Positions 12,463 through 26,309 of a stretch of DNA of 64,000 nucleotides are shown in pieces (within the stretch, counting starts at the first letter, position 1; every line of letters begins with the position of its first letter). This DNA comes from Eledone cirrhosa (Eukaryota): positions 105,586,001 to 105,650,000 of the forward strand of contig OZ024744.1 in the NCBI GenBank assembly GCA_964016885.1, given 5' to 3'. The notes under the pieces were generated by a model. The model was given only the letters and a program-made list of their open reading frames with translations. It made no database searches and was not told the DNA's origin. A program made the position numbers and the translations under genes.

Positions 12463-12899
12463 TTGTACTTGTAATTCAAAGGGCCACAGGTGCCAGATCA
12501 TAAGAGTGGCTTTGAAACAAATGGGTAAGTGGGTAGTTTCTGACATTGTAGTGTGTGCTGGGCTTTTCATGCTAGCCTGTGTGGGAGTAAGTGGATGGTG
12601 TCTGTTATTGAGGGAGTGTGCCTATCTTTTCTCGGTGGCTTGGGTTGGACCAGGAAAATGGGGAGCAAGGGTTCAGCAGTGAAGGTGAACTGGTCAAAGT
12701 TAATTCCAGATTTCCATGCTAGAATGGGTTGGGCGAAGAAATCACGAGTATACTAACAAAACTGAGAGTTTCATCTTTTAGGTTTAGGGGCATGCTGGTG
12801 GGAGTTCAAGAGTATTATTGGCTGGCAAGGGAGGGACTTGAGTTTTGTATCATCTCTCTGCTTCTTTGGGTTTAGTGGAGGTAGGTAGAGGATAGAGTA

Positions 12900-15010
12900 T
12901 ACAAACAGGTGAAAATCATCCTTCTTAGGCTTGTTTCATCTCGCTTGAATGGTAAGGTGAGTCCCTTGTATTATGGAATATCATCAGTTATCTCATTTTT
13001 TAGTTATCTTCTTTGTTCAGGTTCAGCTGCATGAGGTCAACGTTTCACCACACCATCCTAGGCTTTTCTCTTCCAAGGGTTCCTTTGATATTGCGGTTTT
13101 TGCATTTCCTCATGAAGCTGTCATCCTTCATATGCATTACATGTCTATACCATGACCTGATGCCTCTTATACCCAGTTTTTCTCTCAGTTCACTGGTGCT
13201 TCGTCGTTCATGTACACTACTATCACACATCTATCAGAGCATGGTTGTCTCATTTCTTTCCAATCTTTTAAAGTCCTCCCTACACAAAGCTTCAGTACCA
13301 TGTAGCACTGCTGTTCACAAGCAAGCATCTTAAAATCTGCCTTCTTTCAAGCTGAGAGAGAGAGAGACCGTTTGTAGCAAGCACTGGTAGAAACTCCCTG
13401 AATTTTTTCCAACTGGTCTTCACTTTAGCTACTATACTTTCAAAACACTCGCCTCCACTGCTAATTCCCCCCCCCCCCCCCCAGGTAGCAGAAGTTGTCA
13501 ACTACCTCTGGGAGCTATCTTAGTATTTGATAGGACTTGTTTCCTCTGGGCTCTTGTTGTTTACCACTTCTGTGCTTTGATTGCATACAAAACCTACATG
13601 CTTTGCTAGCCTCCCTGAGATCCCACTACATCTCTTGGGTACCCATAGTTTACATTTTGTACATAAGATGGAGATTCTACCTACTCTATTTCTACATTGC
13701 AAGCGAGGTCATTTCCCTGTCAGTATCAGGTTCCTGTTTTATTTTTTAATTGCTAAGACTTTAGGCTCTGCTAAGTTGTCTCTGAGGCCTTTTGATTCCA
13801 GCGTTTGGAATTTCTTCTTTAGTTCTGCTGTAGTTTCATCTATGAGCTAGACCATTGGCATGTAAGAGTTCCCATGGACAGCCAGTTTAAAACTCCTCTG
13901 TTGAGGTATGGACAATAATAAACAGGAGGACAGAGCCCTGGTGCTCTCCTACCTGCACACTAAATTCATCACATATTCATTGTTGACTTACCTTACGACA
14001 CTTCTGTATATAGCTTGTACCATCCTTAAAGTCCACTCATCTCCCCTAGTTTCTTAAAAATCTACCTGATTATGGAGTGGGGAACCCTGACAGATACTTT
14101 CTCCATGTCAACAAATGCTAAGTAGAAGGGCTTACTCTTAGCTAGATACTTTTCCTGCAACTATCACACAAGGAAGAGGGTATCTGTGGTACCTTTACCT
14201 GGCATAAATCCAAACTGCATCTTGTCTATGTTAACTTGGTCCCTAATTAGTTGTGCAACAACTCTTTCTGTAACTTTCATGGTCTGGTCTATCAACTTGA
14301 TGCCTTTGTAGTTTTCTCTGATTAGTTCATCTCTGTTGCCCTTGTAGCAGTTGACAATGATGCTGCTATGCCAGTCATTAAGGTATGAAGCCATCCTGTA
14401 ATACTTGATTTACTATACACAGAGTTAGTAAGTGCCCCACCACTCACCAAATGCTTTCAGCATCTCTGCAACAATCATTGATGGTCCTGATACTTTTCCT
14501 GTTTTCATATCCTTAATTACCTAACTTACTATACTGCTAACTTGGATGGCTGGTTCCACTGTTGGATCTGCTAGAAGCAGACCATCTTTCTGCCATGGAT
14601 TCTCTTCATTTAGCAGTTTCTTTTTTCTTGAAGGGGTAAGGGCAAGTCCTCCACTCTCAGTTCAGACACATATCTCTCCAACAATGTCTTGATTTTACCT
14701 CACACATTCCTCACACTTTTGGTTCTCATGGCACAAAACATGTGCAAACTTCTTGCTTCCTGCTTTCCTCTTAGCTAAGTGTACCTGTTGCATAGCTTCT
14801 CTTCTAGCTTCTTGATATTGTTCCCTACTTTCCCTATTTTGCCAGTCTTTCCAGGCCTGTTTCTTAACTTTAGCTACCTTGTCCACCCTTCTATTCCACC
14901 ACCATGTCTCTCATTGTCATCCTGGGGTCTTGCACCAGTCACAGACCTCGTCAGCAACCTTCAGCAAGTTATCCTTCAGTGACCTCCACTCTTCTATGTT
15001 ACCAGCCCGC
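12900..15010 (-). mobile_element. Decayed RTE LINE
   Basis: Minus-strand fragments QAWKDWQN, NYKGIKLIDQTMKVTERV, QFGFMPGKGTTD, CTKCKLWVPKRC, LREKLGIRGI; same family as 4890-7007. Confidence 0.92.
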
Positions 15011-15775
15011 ACCTTGTCTTCCTTACAATCAGAAGTGAACGAATCATAATAAAATAGCTCAGAACCTTTTATTATCATTGAAGAATTTTTATATTGTGAA
15101 TTATTTGATACGAAGAAGTTTCAAGTGTTTGTCTATACATTCCTCATGTAATATATAGTCTGCCACATCTACAGTTGCCTCTAATTCTCAGGACCAGCAT
15201 CTCATATGCCACCTCCACTAAAGCACTCACACCTCATATATACACACACACACACACGCACACACGCATATACATGGACACGGTAGTGATTTTGTAGAAG
15301 TGGCATGTGGCTAGCTGGTACCATCGTGCAGGAGCAACAACTAGTTTTCCATAGGGAGGAGTCAGCATTGTGAGTGACTTTGTCAAACAATTAGGTGGTC
15401 ATTGGATGCAGTTTAGGGCTTCACCTTTCTCTGATGTTTAGTAAAAAAAATTCATGGGCATTATTTTACTTTTAACTGCATTACGCAACACAGTAATACA
15501 TCGAATTTGCTCTGGGTCCTCGTTTAGGGTGTCAGTACATGTAGCTTCAGCACAACTTAGTATAGGGTTAGTAGTTGTTAGATATTAAAGTATTTTCTGC
15601 TATGTATAAATTTTACTGGGTTACCATTGATATCTAGTATTAATAGTGACCTTTTGATGCGTGTTTAGCCAGGTTCACTGTTGTCTTGTATAGTGAGTTG
15701 GTATTCATACTGATGAAGAAAAAATTTATGAGTAAATTTTCAAGGCTTTTGTTCATGAAATCAGTGCAGGTTTAA

Positions 15776-17261
15776 CGCTTTAGCATTTACATTACTCTGT
15801 ATTTACTATTGTATTTTTGTGGTAATCTCACATGATTATCTCACATAATATCTACATTACTCTATATTTACTATTGTATTTTCACAGTAAAGGTTTTATC
15901 TCACATAATATCTACATTACTCTATATTTACTATTGTATTTTCACAGTAAAGGTTTTATCTTACATAACATTTACATTATTCTATATTTACTATTGTATT
16001 TTCACAGTAAAGGTTTTATCTCACATAATATCTACATTACTCTATATTTACTATTGTATTTTCACAGTAAAGGTTTTATCTTACATAACATTTACATTAC
16101 TCTATATTTACTATTGTATTTTCACAGTAAAGGTTTTACCTTACATAACATCTACATTACTCTATATTTACTATTGTATTTTCACAGTAAAGGTTTTATC
16201 TCACATAATAACTACATTATTCTATATTTACTATTGTATTTTCACAGTAAAGGTTTTATCTCACATAATATCTACATTACTCTATATTTACTATTGTATT
16301 TTCACAGTAAAGGTTTTACCTTACATAACATCTACATTACTCTATATTTACTATTGTATTTTCACAGTAAAGGTTTTATCTCACATAACATTTACATTAT
16401 TCTATATTTACTATTGTATTTTCACAGTAAAGGTTTTACCTTACATAACATCTACATTACTCTATATTTACTATTGTATTTTCACAGTAAAGGCTTTATC
16501 TTACATAACATCTACATTACTCTATATTTACTATTGTATTTTCACAGTAAAGGCTTTATCTTACATAACATCTACATTACTCTATATTTACTATTGTATT
16601 TTCACAGTAAAGGTTTTATCTCACATAATATCTACATTACTCTATATTTACTATTGTATTTTCACAGTAAAGGCTTTATCTTACATAACATCTACATTAC
16701 TCTATATTTACTATTGTATTTTCACAGTAAAGGCTTTATCTTACATAACATCTACATTACTCTATATTTACTATTGTATTTTCACAGTAAAGGCTTTATC
16801 TTACATAACATTTACATTACTCTATATTTACTATTGTATTTTCACAGTAAAGGTTTTATCTCACATAATATTTACATTACTCTATATTTACTATTGTATT
16901 TTCACAGTAAAGGCTTTATCTTACATAACATTTACATTACTCTATATTTACTATTGTATTTTCACAGTAAAGGCTTTATCTTACATAACATCTACATTAC
17001 TCTATATTTACTATTGTATTTTCACAGTAAAGGCTTTATCTTACATAACATTTACATTACTCTATATTTACTATTATATTTTCACAGAAAAGGCTTTATC
17101 TTACACGATTATCTCACATAATATCGAACCTATGAAATTTTGATGTTATTTATTATGAGAACAATACCTTAACATAAGTATGAATGGTCAGTTACAGCTG
17201 GTTTGGACAGAAAGAGGTGAGAGACTTCTGGCCAGATACGGCCTCTTTAAATGCTAAAGGG
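15776..17261 (+). mobile_element. piggyBac-type MITE with internal minisatellite expansion
   Basis: TTAA|cgctttagcattta ... taaatgctaaaggg|TTAA (terminal inverted repeats and TTAA TSD); unique portions match 38549-38783. Confidence 0.85.
15836..17105. repeat. 60-bp minisatellite, about 21 copies
   Basis: Unit t(c/t)acataa(c/t)at(c/t)tacattactctatatttactattgtattttcacagtaaagg(c/t)tttatc is in perfect register with the 60-nt lines. Confidence 0.98.
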
Positions 17262-17411
17262 TTAAATGTGGAATCATCACCATCTGTGTATGAGTGGGTT
17301 TTGTTGGTGATGGGGAATAGATATATCAGGGAAAACCTGTAGGAGACAAAACTGAACCTTCAGGTCACAGCAGAGTTGATTATATAGGCCGGATCACGCC
17401 ATAGTGTAAGT

Positions 17412-17762
17412 CAGAGGTTCTCAAACTTTTTGCCCCCTCCTCACAGCCACGTAATCCCTCAGCACCCCCACCCCTATTTCCAGAGAGACCTGCCTACACG
17501 CAAATTGTAAATAATATTAAATAAATAAAATCGTTAATTTATATATAATAAATAGTATGATATATACTATGTATAAATAAATATATATTTTTTATTTCGC
17601 TATATTTATATATAATATGTATCATGTGATATTTAATATACTATTATATCATCTCTACCTCCTCCTTAGGCTGCAGCACCCTCTTGGATCTTCTCAAGTC
17701 CCCCCCCCCCTCCGGGGGAGGAGGGGGGGGGGGGGCAGTAGCGCTTACTTTGAGAACCTCTT
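17412..17762. mobile_element. hAT (Charlie-like) MITE
   Basis: TIRs cagaggttctcaaa / tttgagaacctct; 8-bp TSD gtgtaagt / gtgtaggt. Confidence 0.8.
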
Positions 17763-18500
17763 GTGTAGGTCAGGTCATACCATAGTGTATTGTATAGGTC
17801 AGGCCACAAGATAGTGTACTGTGTAGGTCAGGTCATACCATTGTGTAGGTCAGGTCACAAGATAGTGTACTGTGTAGGTCAGGCCACAAGATAGTGTACT
17901 GTGTAGGTCAGGTCATACCATTGTGTAGGTCAGGTCACAAGATAGTGTACTGTGTAGGTTAGGTCACAAGATAGTGTATTTTGTAGGTCAGGTCATACCA
18001 TTGTGTAGGTCAGGTCACAAGATAGTGTATTGTATAGGTCAGGCCACAAGATAGTGTACTTTGTAGGTCAGGTCATACCATTGTGTAGGTCAGGTCACAA
18101 GATAGTGTACTGTGTAGGTTAGGTCACAAGATAGTGTATTTTGTAGGTCAGGTCATACCATTGTGTAGGTCAGGTCACAAGATAGTGTATTGTATAGGTC
18201 AGGCCACAAGATAGTGTACTGTGTAGGTCAGGTCATACCATTGTATAGGTCAGGCCACAAGATAGTGTACTGTGTAGGCCAGGTCACAAGATAGTGTATT
18301 TTGTAGGTCAGGTCATACCATTGTGTAGGTCAGGTCACAAGATAGTGTACTGTGTAGGTTAGGTCACAAGATAGTGTATTTTGTAGGTCAGGTCACAAGA
18401 TAATGTACTGTGTAGGTCAGGTCACATTAGTGTATTGTGTAGGTTAGGTCACACTGTAGTGTATTGTGTAGATCAGGTCACACCATTGTGTAGGTCAGGT
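17763..18500. repeat. Minisatellite of mixed approx. 29-bp and 23-bp units (tgtaggtcaggtcacaagatagtgtactg / tgtaggtcaggtcataccattg)
   Basis: Directly visible; degenerate units are also present at about 17360-17411, left of the hAT insertion. Confidence 0.95.
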
Positions 18501-18778
18501 CTGAATGACCATAATACATATTGGTACTTGTTTCTCCTCGGAAATGCACTTCCTTGCCTGTTGGAATGTCCCCCCGTATTGAAGGCTGTAGAAGTAAGAA
18601 TACTTATTATTGCAGTTGACTGGAATAACCACAGCAAAAGGTGTATGACCAACAGACTGATCATAGTAACAATCAAGTACATAGCTTGCTGAACAAGGTC
18701 CTTGTTGGATCTTGTATTTGACTGATATTGTTTTCCTTGTGCTAAATCAAAATCAGCTCACATTGTATTGTCAAAATT

Positions 18779-19822
18779 ATGGCCACTGCCGACACCTACA
18801 ACCTGAAATCGAGAACCTATCCACCCAAGGTAAATGATCTTGCTCCGTTTGAAGCAGACTTTCTTGACTTAGTTGCTAACGTTACTTTCCGCAAACACTC
18901 TGGCCCCTTCCGAAATAAACTTAGCAGAGACATTAAAAAATGTAGATCTTCCACTAACACTTTCATTCAACTTGATGAAACCAACAGCATTTATGAAGTT
19001 GACCAAACTACTTACAACGATTTGACACAAAATAACTATAACATCAAAGTACAAAAAAAATGAGACCCCCCCCCCCCCCAACTTACATTAACAACAATAG
19101 AGAAACCAAGCTCCTAACCTCCACCCTTAATGTAGAGAAGAAACTATAATGCCTAGCTAAGCATGAGTTTTTTAAAACTCTTAAGGATCACAAAGCCAAT
19201 TTTGCTTCTAACCCCACTTGTAGACTCTTGAATCCAGCATGTACAGAGATGGGGCTAGTCAGCAAATCTATTCTTAGAGGACTAGTTAAGACCTTTTGGA
19301 AGAAATCCAACCTGACCCAGTGGGAGATCAGTGACTCTGTTGTGCTGAGTGGTTCAACTTCTTCAACACCAACAAAACTAAATTCATCCAGTTTGATCTC
19401 CGTGACCTTGTTGGATAAAGCATTGGAGTACACCAATACATATGCTTCCGTCCATGACTTAGATAGACAGTTCGTTGCCCATTGCAAAAAAAAAACCCTT
19501 CCTCCTCTTCATTAATGGTGTAAGCCTGGACAAAACAATCAACTATTTCAGAACTATTCAATGTCAATGGATCATTCGATAGTGTTGATGTATGTGGTTT
19601 GGTTGGGTTATACATATTAGATATGTTGTGAGTCAAATTCCTGGACTTCCATACAAGTTTATACTGCGACATCGGTCTGTCCTTATCGAGCCATAAAAGC
19701 GGTAATGACCTTCACTGTTTTAGGAAAAACCTAATAGCCATGTTTAACGAGTTAAGACTTAGGATCACTGTAGCTATTAACCTGACTAACATCTAACAGA
19801 TTATTTAGACATCAATTTAGAC

Positions 19823-19864
<42 letters not shown>

Positions 19865-20055
19865 TTCCACAAACTTAGTGAAAGAGAGACACACACACAG
19901 AGAGACACACAGAGACACACACACACAAAGTTAGTTTATATACACAAGGACTCGTGTCATCCACCTACGGTCTTTAAAAAGTTTGTTAAAAACATCAGTA
20001 TTAGGATTTTTAATTTTTCTTCCAACAAGGCCATCTTTGACAGCAACACCTTAAT
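18779..20055 (+). mobile_element. Decayed Penelope-like element (RT region), related to 27100-29290
   Basis: LAPFEADFLDLVANVTFRK, DETNSIYEV, KDHKANFASNPTCRLLNPACTEMGLVSK parallel the minus-strand element at 27-29 kb; interrupted by (CA)n and ending at (TA)n. Confidence 0.8.
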
Positions 20056-20138
20056 GTATGTATATATATGAATATTATATATATGTATATGTATATATGT
20101 ATATTATAAATATATATATACATGTGTATATATATATG

Positions 20139-20231
<93 letters not shown>

Positions 20232-20238
20232 GTATATG

Positions 20239-20271
<33 letters not shown>

Positions 20272-20806
20272 GTATGTATATATATATATATATGTATGTA
20301 TATATATATATATATGTATGTATATATATATATATATGTATGTATATATATATATATGTATGTATATATATGTATATATGTATGTATATATGTATATATG
20401 TATGTATATATGTATATATGTATGTATATATATATATATGTATGTATATATATATATATGTATGTATATATATATGTATGTATATATATATGTATGTATG
20501 TATATATATATATGTATGTATATATATATGTATGTATATATATATGTATGTATATATATATGTATGTATATATATATGTATGTATATATATATATATGTA
20601 TGTATATATATATATATGTATGTATGTATATATATATATGTATGTATGTATATATATATATGTATGTATATATATATATATATATATGTATGTATATATA
20701 TATGTATGTATATATATATGTATGTATATATATATATGTATGTATATATATATGTATGTATATATATATGTATGTATATATATATGTATGTATATATATA
20801 TGTATG

Positions 20807-20855
<49 letters not shown>

Positions 20856-20894
20856 GTATGTATATATATATATATGTATATATATATATGTATG

Positions 20895-20927
<33 letters not shown>

Positions 20928-20950
20928 GTATGTATGTATATATATATATG

Positions 20951-20997
<47 letters not shown>

Positions 20998-21046
20998 GTA
21001 TATATGTATATTATATGTATATATGTATATATGTATATTATATGTA

Positions 21047-21077
<31 letters not shown>

Positions 21078-21144
21078 ATTATATGTATATATATATGTAT
21101 ATTATATGTATATATATATGTATATTATATGTATATATATATAT

Positions 21145-21186
<42 letters not shown>

Positions 21187-21664
21187 AACATATGTATATT
21201 ATATATATACATACATGTATGTATATATGTATATATGTATGTATATATATATATATATGTATGTATATATATATGTATATGTATATATGTATATTATATA
21301 TATATATATATACATGTATATTATATATATGTATATTATATATATATATGTATATTATATGTATATTATATATATGTATATTATATATATATATACATGT
21401 ATATTATATATATATATACATGTATATTATATATATATATACATGTATATATATATATATACATATATGTATGTATATATATATATACATATATGTATAT
21501 ATATATGTATATATATATGTATATATATATACATATATGTATATATATATGTATATATATATACATATATGTATATATACATGTATATATATATATACAT
21601 GTATATATGTATATATATATATACATATATATATATACATATATATACATATATACATATATAT

Positions 21665-21730
<66 letters not shown>
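20056..21730. repeat. 1.7-kb (TA)n/(TATG)n microsatellite
   Basis: Directly visible; source of the Y/I/M/C/V ORFs. Confidence 0.98.
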
Positions 21731-21731
<1 letters not shown>

Positions 21732-21835
21732 GCGTGAATGAAGTAATTCCATCGGAAAGGTCCAGGAAAAAAGAGTGCTCTATGTAGGTTACAGAGCTTA
21801 TTAGTTATGTAATAAACAACATAAGATAATTATTT

Positions 21836-22025
21836 CATATATATATGTATATAAATATATATATGTATATATGTATATATATATGTATATATGTATGTAT
21901 ATATGTATATATATATATATACATATATATGTATATATGTATATATATATATATACATATATATGTATATATATATATATACATATATATGTATATATGT
22001 ATATATATATATATATGTATATATG

Positions 22026-22060
<35 letters not shown>

Positions 22061-22169
22061 GTATATATGTATATATATATATATATGTATATATGTATAT
22101 ATATATATATACATATATATGTATGTATATATATATATACATATATATATATATAGATATATATGTCTA

Positions 22170-22201
<32 letters not shown>

Positions 22202-22222
22202 CATATATATATACATATATAT
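21836..22222. repeat. (TA)n-rich microsatellite
   Basis: Directly visible. Confidence 0.95.
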
Positions 22223-22348
22223 GTCCAGAATTAGCTGTCGAAATGTCTTGAGCTCAGCCGTCGGGGTCCTACTCGTTCCTACCCACTCTACTACCCTAAG
22301 TATTGGTGTGTTATGGTCCACCTGGTTCCTTACCACATTTCCTTCGCT
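22223..22348. repeat. Unclassified short interspersed repeat embedded in (TA)n
   Basis: The first approx. 57 bp (gtccagaattagc.gtcgaaatg.cttgagctcagcc.tcggggtcctactcgttccta) recur at 26217-26274. Confidence 0.75.
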
Positions 22349-22394
22349 ATACATATATATATACATATATATACATGTATATATGTATATATAT

Positions 22395-22632
22395 ATAACT
22401 TTGAATAACTTTGAATAACTTTGAAATGTTTTGGCCAGTATTGGCCCAGGCCATGTCTAACTTAATAGCACCACCTGGCGAAGTCTTTCAATTCAGGATT
22501 TGGGCACCATGGCCCATTCGAGAAGAGAATGACTGTTTGCGGAGACATATCCGGGTGTGGGTGGTTTGTCCGGGATTACTTGGAGGAATTTGTCCAAAGA
22601 CTTCTTGAATTTTGTGTGGTCAGTTTCAGTTA
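22395..22632 (-). mobile_element. 3' end of a CR1/L2-group LINE
   Basis: C-terminus [29 protein letters not shown], short 3' UTR and tandem 10-bp tail (TTCAAAGTTA)x3. Confidence 0.7.
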
Positions 22633-22995
22633 TATACATGTATTTATATATATATACATATATATACATGTATTTACATATATATATATATGTATTTACA
22701 TATATATATATACATGTATTTACATATATATATATATACATGTATTTACATATATATACATATATATATATACATGTATTTACATATATATACATGTATA
22801 CATGTATTTACATATATATAAATGCATATATGTATATGTACATATATATACATGTATATGTACATATATATACATGTATATGTACATATATATACATGTA
22901 TATACATATATATACATGTATACATACATGTATACATGTATATACATATATATATACATGTATAAATGTGTATATATATACATATATATATATAT
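22633..22995. repeat. (TA)/(TACA) compound microsatellite
   Basis: Directly visible. Confidence 0.95.
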
Positions 22996-23301
22996 GAAGC
23001 ATATAGACAATATGCCCCCACACCCTCCCACTGCAAAGTGGTCGTGGAGGTGCCACGGGAAAAAAGCACCCAGCCCACACTGTAAAGTGGACGTGTAGGT
23101 GCCATGGAAAAAAAGCACCCAGCACTCACTGTAAATGAGGTTGGTGTTAGGAAGTGCATCCACCTGTAGAAATCAAGCCAAAATCAGTTCCTGTATGAGC
23201 AAGACAAGGTCAACCAACCAGACACTGCCCACAACAGGACAACCCGTCTAACCAATGCTAGCGTGGAAGAACGGACGAAAAAACGGTGATGATGATAATG
23301 A
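22995..23301 (+). mobile_element. RTE LINE 3' tail
   Basis: Near-identical to 3286-3596. Confidence 0.85.
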
Positions 23302-23334
23302 TATATATATATACATGTATATATGTATATACAC

Positions 23335-25295
23335 GAGTCCGTGTGCATCGCAAGGCGTGTCTTCTGTATTACCGATAATGCCAATATCTCGATCCTGTGT
23401 CACCATCTTTGAGAGGTACAATTATGCAAGGTTACTTTTTATCACCTTGTACCAGGTCTTCCTACTCCATAGCTTCCATCAATTTTGATCACCCTGCACC
23501 TTTTTATTCAGCTGCCATCCTTCATATGCATCACATGACTATACCAATGCATGCCAGCTTCATTTCTTTCCAATCTACTCAAGTCTTCTGCACACAGCGC
23601 CCAGGTCTCACTACCATAAAACATTGCTGTTCGTATGCACACATCATAGTCTGCTTTTCATTTAGAGGGAAAACCCTTTTGTAGCTAGCAGAGGTATTAG
23701 CTCCCTAAACTTTTTCCATCCTGGCTACTGTATTTTCAGAACACCCACCTCCACTGTTAATTTGGTCATCCAGGTAACAGAAGCTGTCTACTGCATCTAC
23801 CGAATCTTCCCAGAATTTGATAGCACCTGTTTCCCCTGGTCACTTGCTGCTTACTGCCCCAGTACAGTGGCTCCATGTAAAACCTACATTCTTAGCTAAA
23901 CACCTGAGATCCCATAGTTTGCATCCTCCAAGGCCATTTCCCTGAGGAGATCAGGGCTCTGTTTTCTCTGCTACTTACTAGGACCTTATTCTTTATCAGG
24001 TTGACTTTAAGACCCCTTCTTTCTAGGCCTTGCTTCCATGTTTGGAATTTCTTCTCTTGTTTCACCATAGACTCTGCTATGAATGTAAAATCATCTGTGT
24101 ACTGGAGTTCTCATAGGCATCCAGTCTTAAACTCCTCTGTTATAGCCTGCAGTATGATAATAAACAGGAGAGGGCTAAGAACAGAGCCCTGGTGGACGCC
24201 AACCTGTACGCTAAATTCCTCACTATAGTTGTTAATCCTAATTTTGCTGACTGCTCCCATATACATGGCTTGTACAGCCTTCACAAGCCATTCATCTCCT
24301 AGTTTTCTTAGAGCCCACCAGATTATAGCACAGGGCACTCTGTCAAAAGCTTTTTGTAGATGAACAAATGCCAGGTAGAGTGGCTTACTTTTAGCTAGGT
24401 ACTTTTCCTGTAACTGCCTCACAAGGAAGAGGGCATCAGTAGTGCTTTTACCAGGCACATATTCAAACTGCATCTCATCTAGGTTAACTTAGTCCTTAAT
24501 CAGCTCTGCTATAACTCTTTCTGTTACTTTCATGACCTGGTCCATCAGATTTATACCTCTATCTAGTGCATCTCCTTTATCCTTGTAACGGTTGACAATG
24601 ATACTGCTGCTCCAATCCTTTGGTATGACACCCTCTTGTATTAATTGGTTAACAATACGTGTGGATATGGTGTGACCTACCGACCCAGATGCTTTCAGCA
24701 TCTCAGCAACTATTCTCGATGGACCAGCTGCTTTCCTAGTCTTCATATCTTTAATTGCCCTACTTACTACACTGCTACTGACTTGCTCTGCAGGACCCTC
24801 TGTAGGGTCCACTTGGGGTAGGGTCTCTTTCTCCCATGCGTTCACCTCATTTAGTAATCTTTCATAATGGCTCTTCCAAGTAGCTTTCTTTTTGTCACCT
24901 GTGAGGGCAAGTGCACTTTTATTATCTCGGACACACTTCTCTCCAATGACATCACAATTCTCTCTAACACACTGCCTCACAATCCTGAACACCTCCTTTT
25001 TCTGGTCCTCACACTGCAAAACATGCTTGAATTTTTTTGTCCTCTGCTGTCCTTCTAGCTAAGTAAACTTGTTACCTAGCTTCCCCCCTGGTCTCTATGT
25101 AATGTACCCGGCTTCCCCCATTCTTCCATTCTTTCCATGACTGTCTCTCTTGGCCTTAATTGCTTCAAATACCTTATTGTTCCAACACCAAATCACTCTC
25201 CTTCTGGTAGTCTTGCTCCAACCACAGATCTCGTCTGTTACCTTCAGTGGATTATCTTTCAGGAACTACCAAAGCTCTTTGACATTGAATGTCTC
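23335..25295 (-). mobile_element. Decayed RTE LINE
   Basis: ORFs 24489-25019 and 24111-24473: WKSHYERLLN, KAAGPSRIVAEML, AFVHLQKAFDRVP, VGVHQGSVLSPLLF. Confidence 0.95.
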
Positions 25296-25319
25296 TTTAC
25301 TGTCGTATGCATACATGTA

Positions 25320-25999
25320 TATATATATATATAAAAGAAAGATGTTGGTTGGTTGAATCACACAAAAACTACACACACATACACAAATATCTAATGAGAG
25401 AGAGACACAGAGGGTGGGGCAGAAAGAGAGAGATAGGCTGTTATACAGAGAGAGATAGAGATACAATTAAAGTGTTAGATATTCAGAGAGTGAAACGTCC
25501 CACGAAAGTCTAGAACGACTTAAACTATAGATCAAAGTATATCAGTTCAAGGTTTAACAATATTGCGTTAGCTTTTATAAAGTTGTTTTACAGTCTTTGA
25601 TTTTACAGAACAAAGAAAAATTGATACTATTTGAAATGAATCTACCCTCCAGCTTTAATCCATAATCTACTTACAGTGCGTACTAACGAAACTAAACACT
25701 TCAGAAGCAATGTTATGCGGTATATTGCTGTTTCAGATGATGTCCTTTGGAGGTGAAAAAGATCATACTGACTATGGTTATTTCACATTTAAAATCCAAG
25801 GCTACCATTTAATTGGCTGTTTACTCCCCCACCCTAATAAGGAAGTTTCGTGATTGGTTTTTTTTTATGTCTCTCTCTCACACACCCACCCACATTACAG
25901 TCTCACCTCATACCAGACAACACATCCAATACAGTCGTTTTTTCTTTTATCAGTCTTCTCTTAACTGTTCTCCTGGGCAAACCCGGGTACTTTAGCTAG
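25320..25999 (+). mobile_element. Probable non-autonomous Helitron
   Basis: 3' end has a GC hairpin cctgggcaaacccggg, then tactttag, then CTAG|T; 5' end is tatatatataaaag-like. The left boundary is uncertain. Confidence 0.55.
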
Positions 26000-26009
26000 T
26001 ATGTAATAT

Positions 26010-26042
<33 letters not shown>

Positions 26043-26095
26043 AGTACAAAGCGAAACCTACAGTCAGTAGGCACCTCTAACAAAAATACACCCCC

Positions 26096-26202
26096 GTGTC
26101 TTGTTCAAAGAAACAACACATCACCCGGTCCCCCAGTTCGAGAATCGAACTCACAACCTTTCGATTGCAAGCCCAATGTTCTAACCACTAAACCATGCGC
26201 CT
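26096..26202 (-). mobile_element. SINE family A, head fragment
   Basis: Reverse complement of the family A tRNA-like head. Confidence 0.85.
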
Positions 26203-26272
26203 ATATATATATATAGTCCAGAATTAGCCGTCGAAATGGCTTGAGCTCAGCCATCGGGGTCCTACTCGTTCC

Positions 26273-26305
<33 letters not shown>

Positions 26306-26309
26306 ATAT

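Noticed and set aside
15709-15760. CTGATGA near 15710 as a hammerhead
   Set aside because: No convincing stem II or stem I pairing with the downstream GAAA; likely a chance match.
15832-17121. 429-aa ORF with a 20-aa repeat
   Set aside because: It results from a stop-free frame in a 60-bp tandem array inside a MITE; no unique coding sequence or splice context.
20058-23163. Many long Y/I/M/C/V-rich ORFs (also at 29.4-33.5 kb)
   Set aside because: Translations of TA/TG/CA microsatellites.
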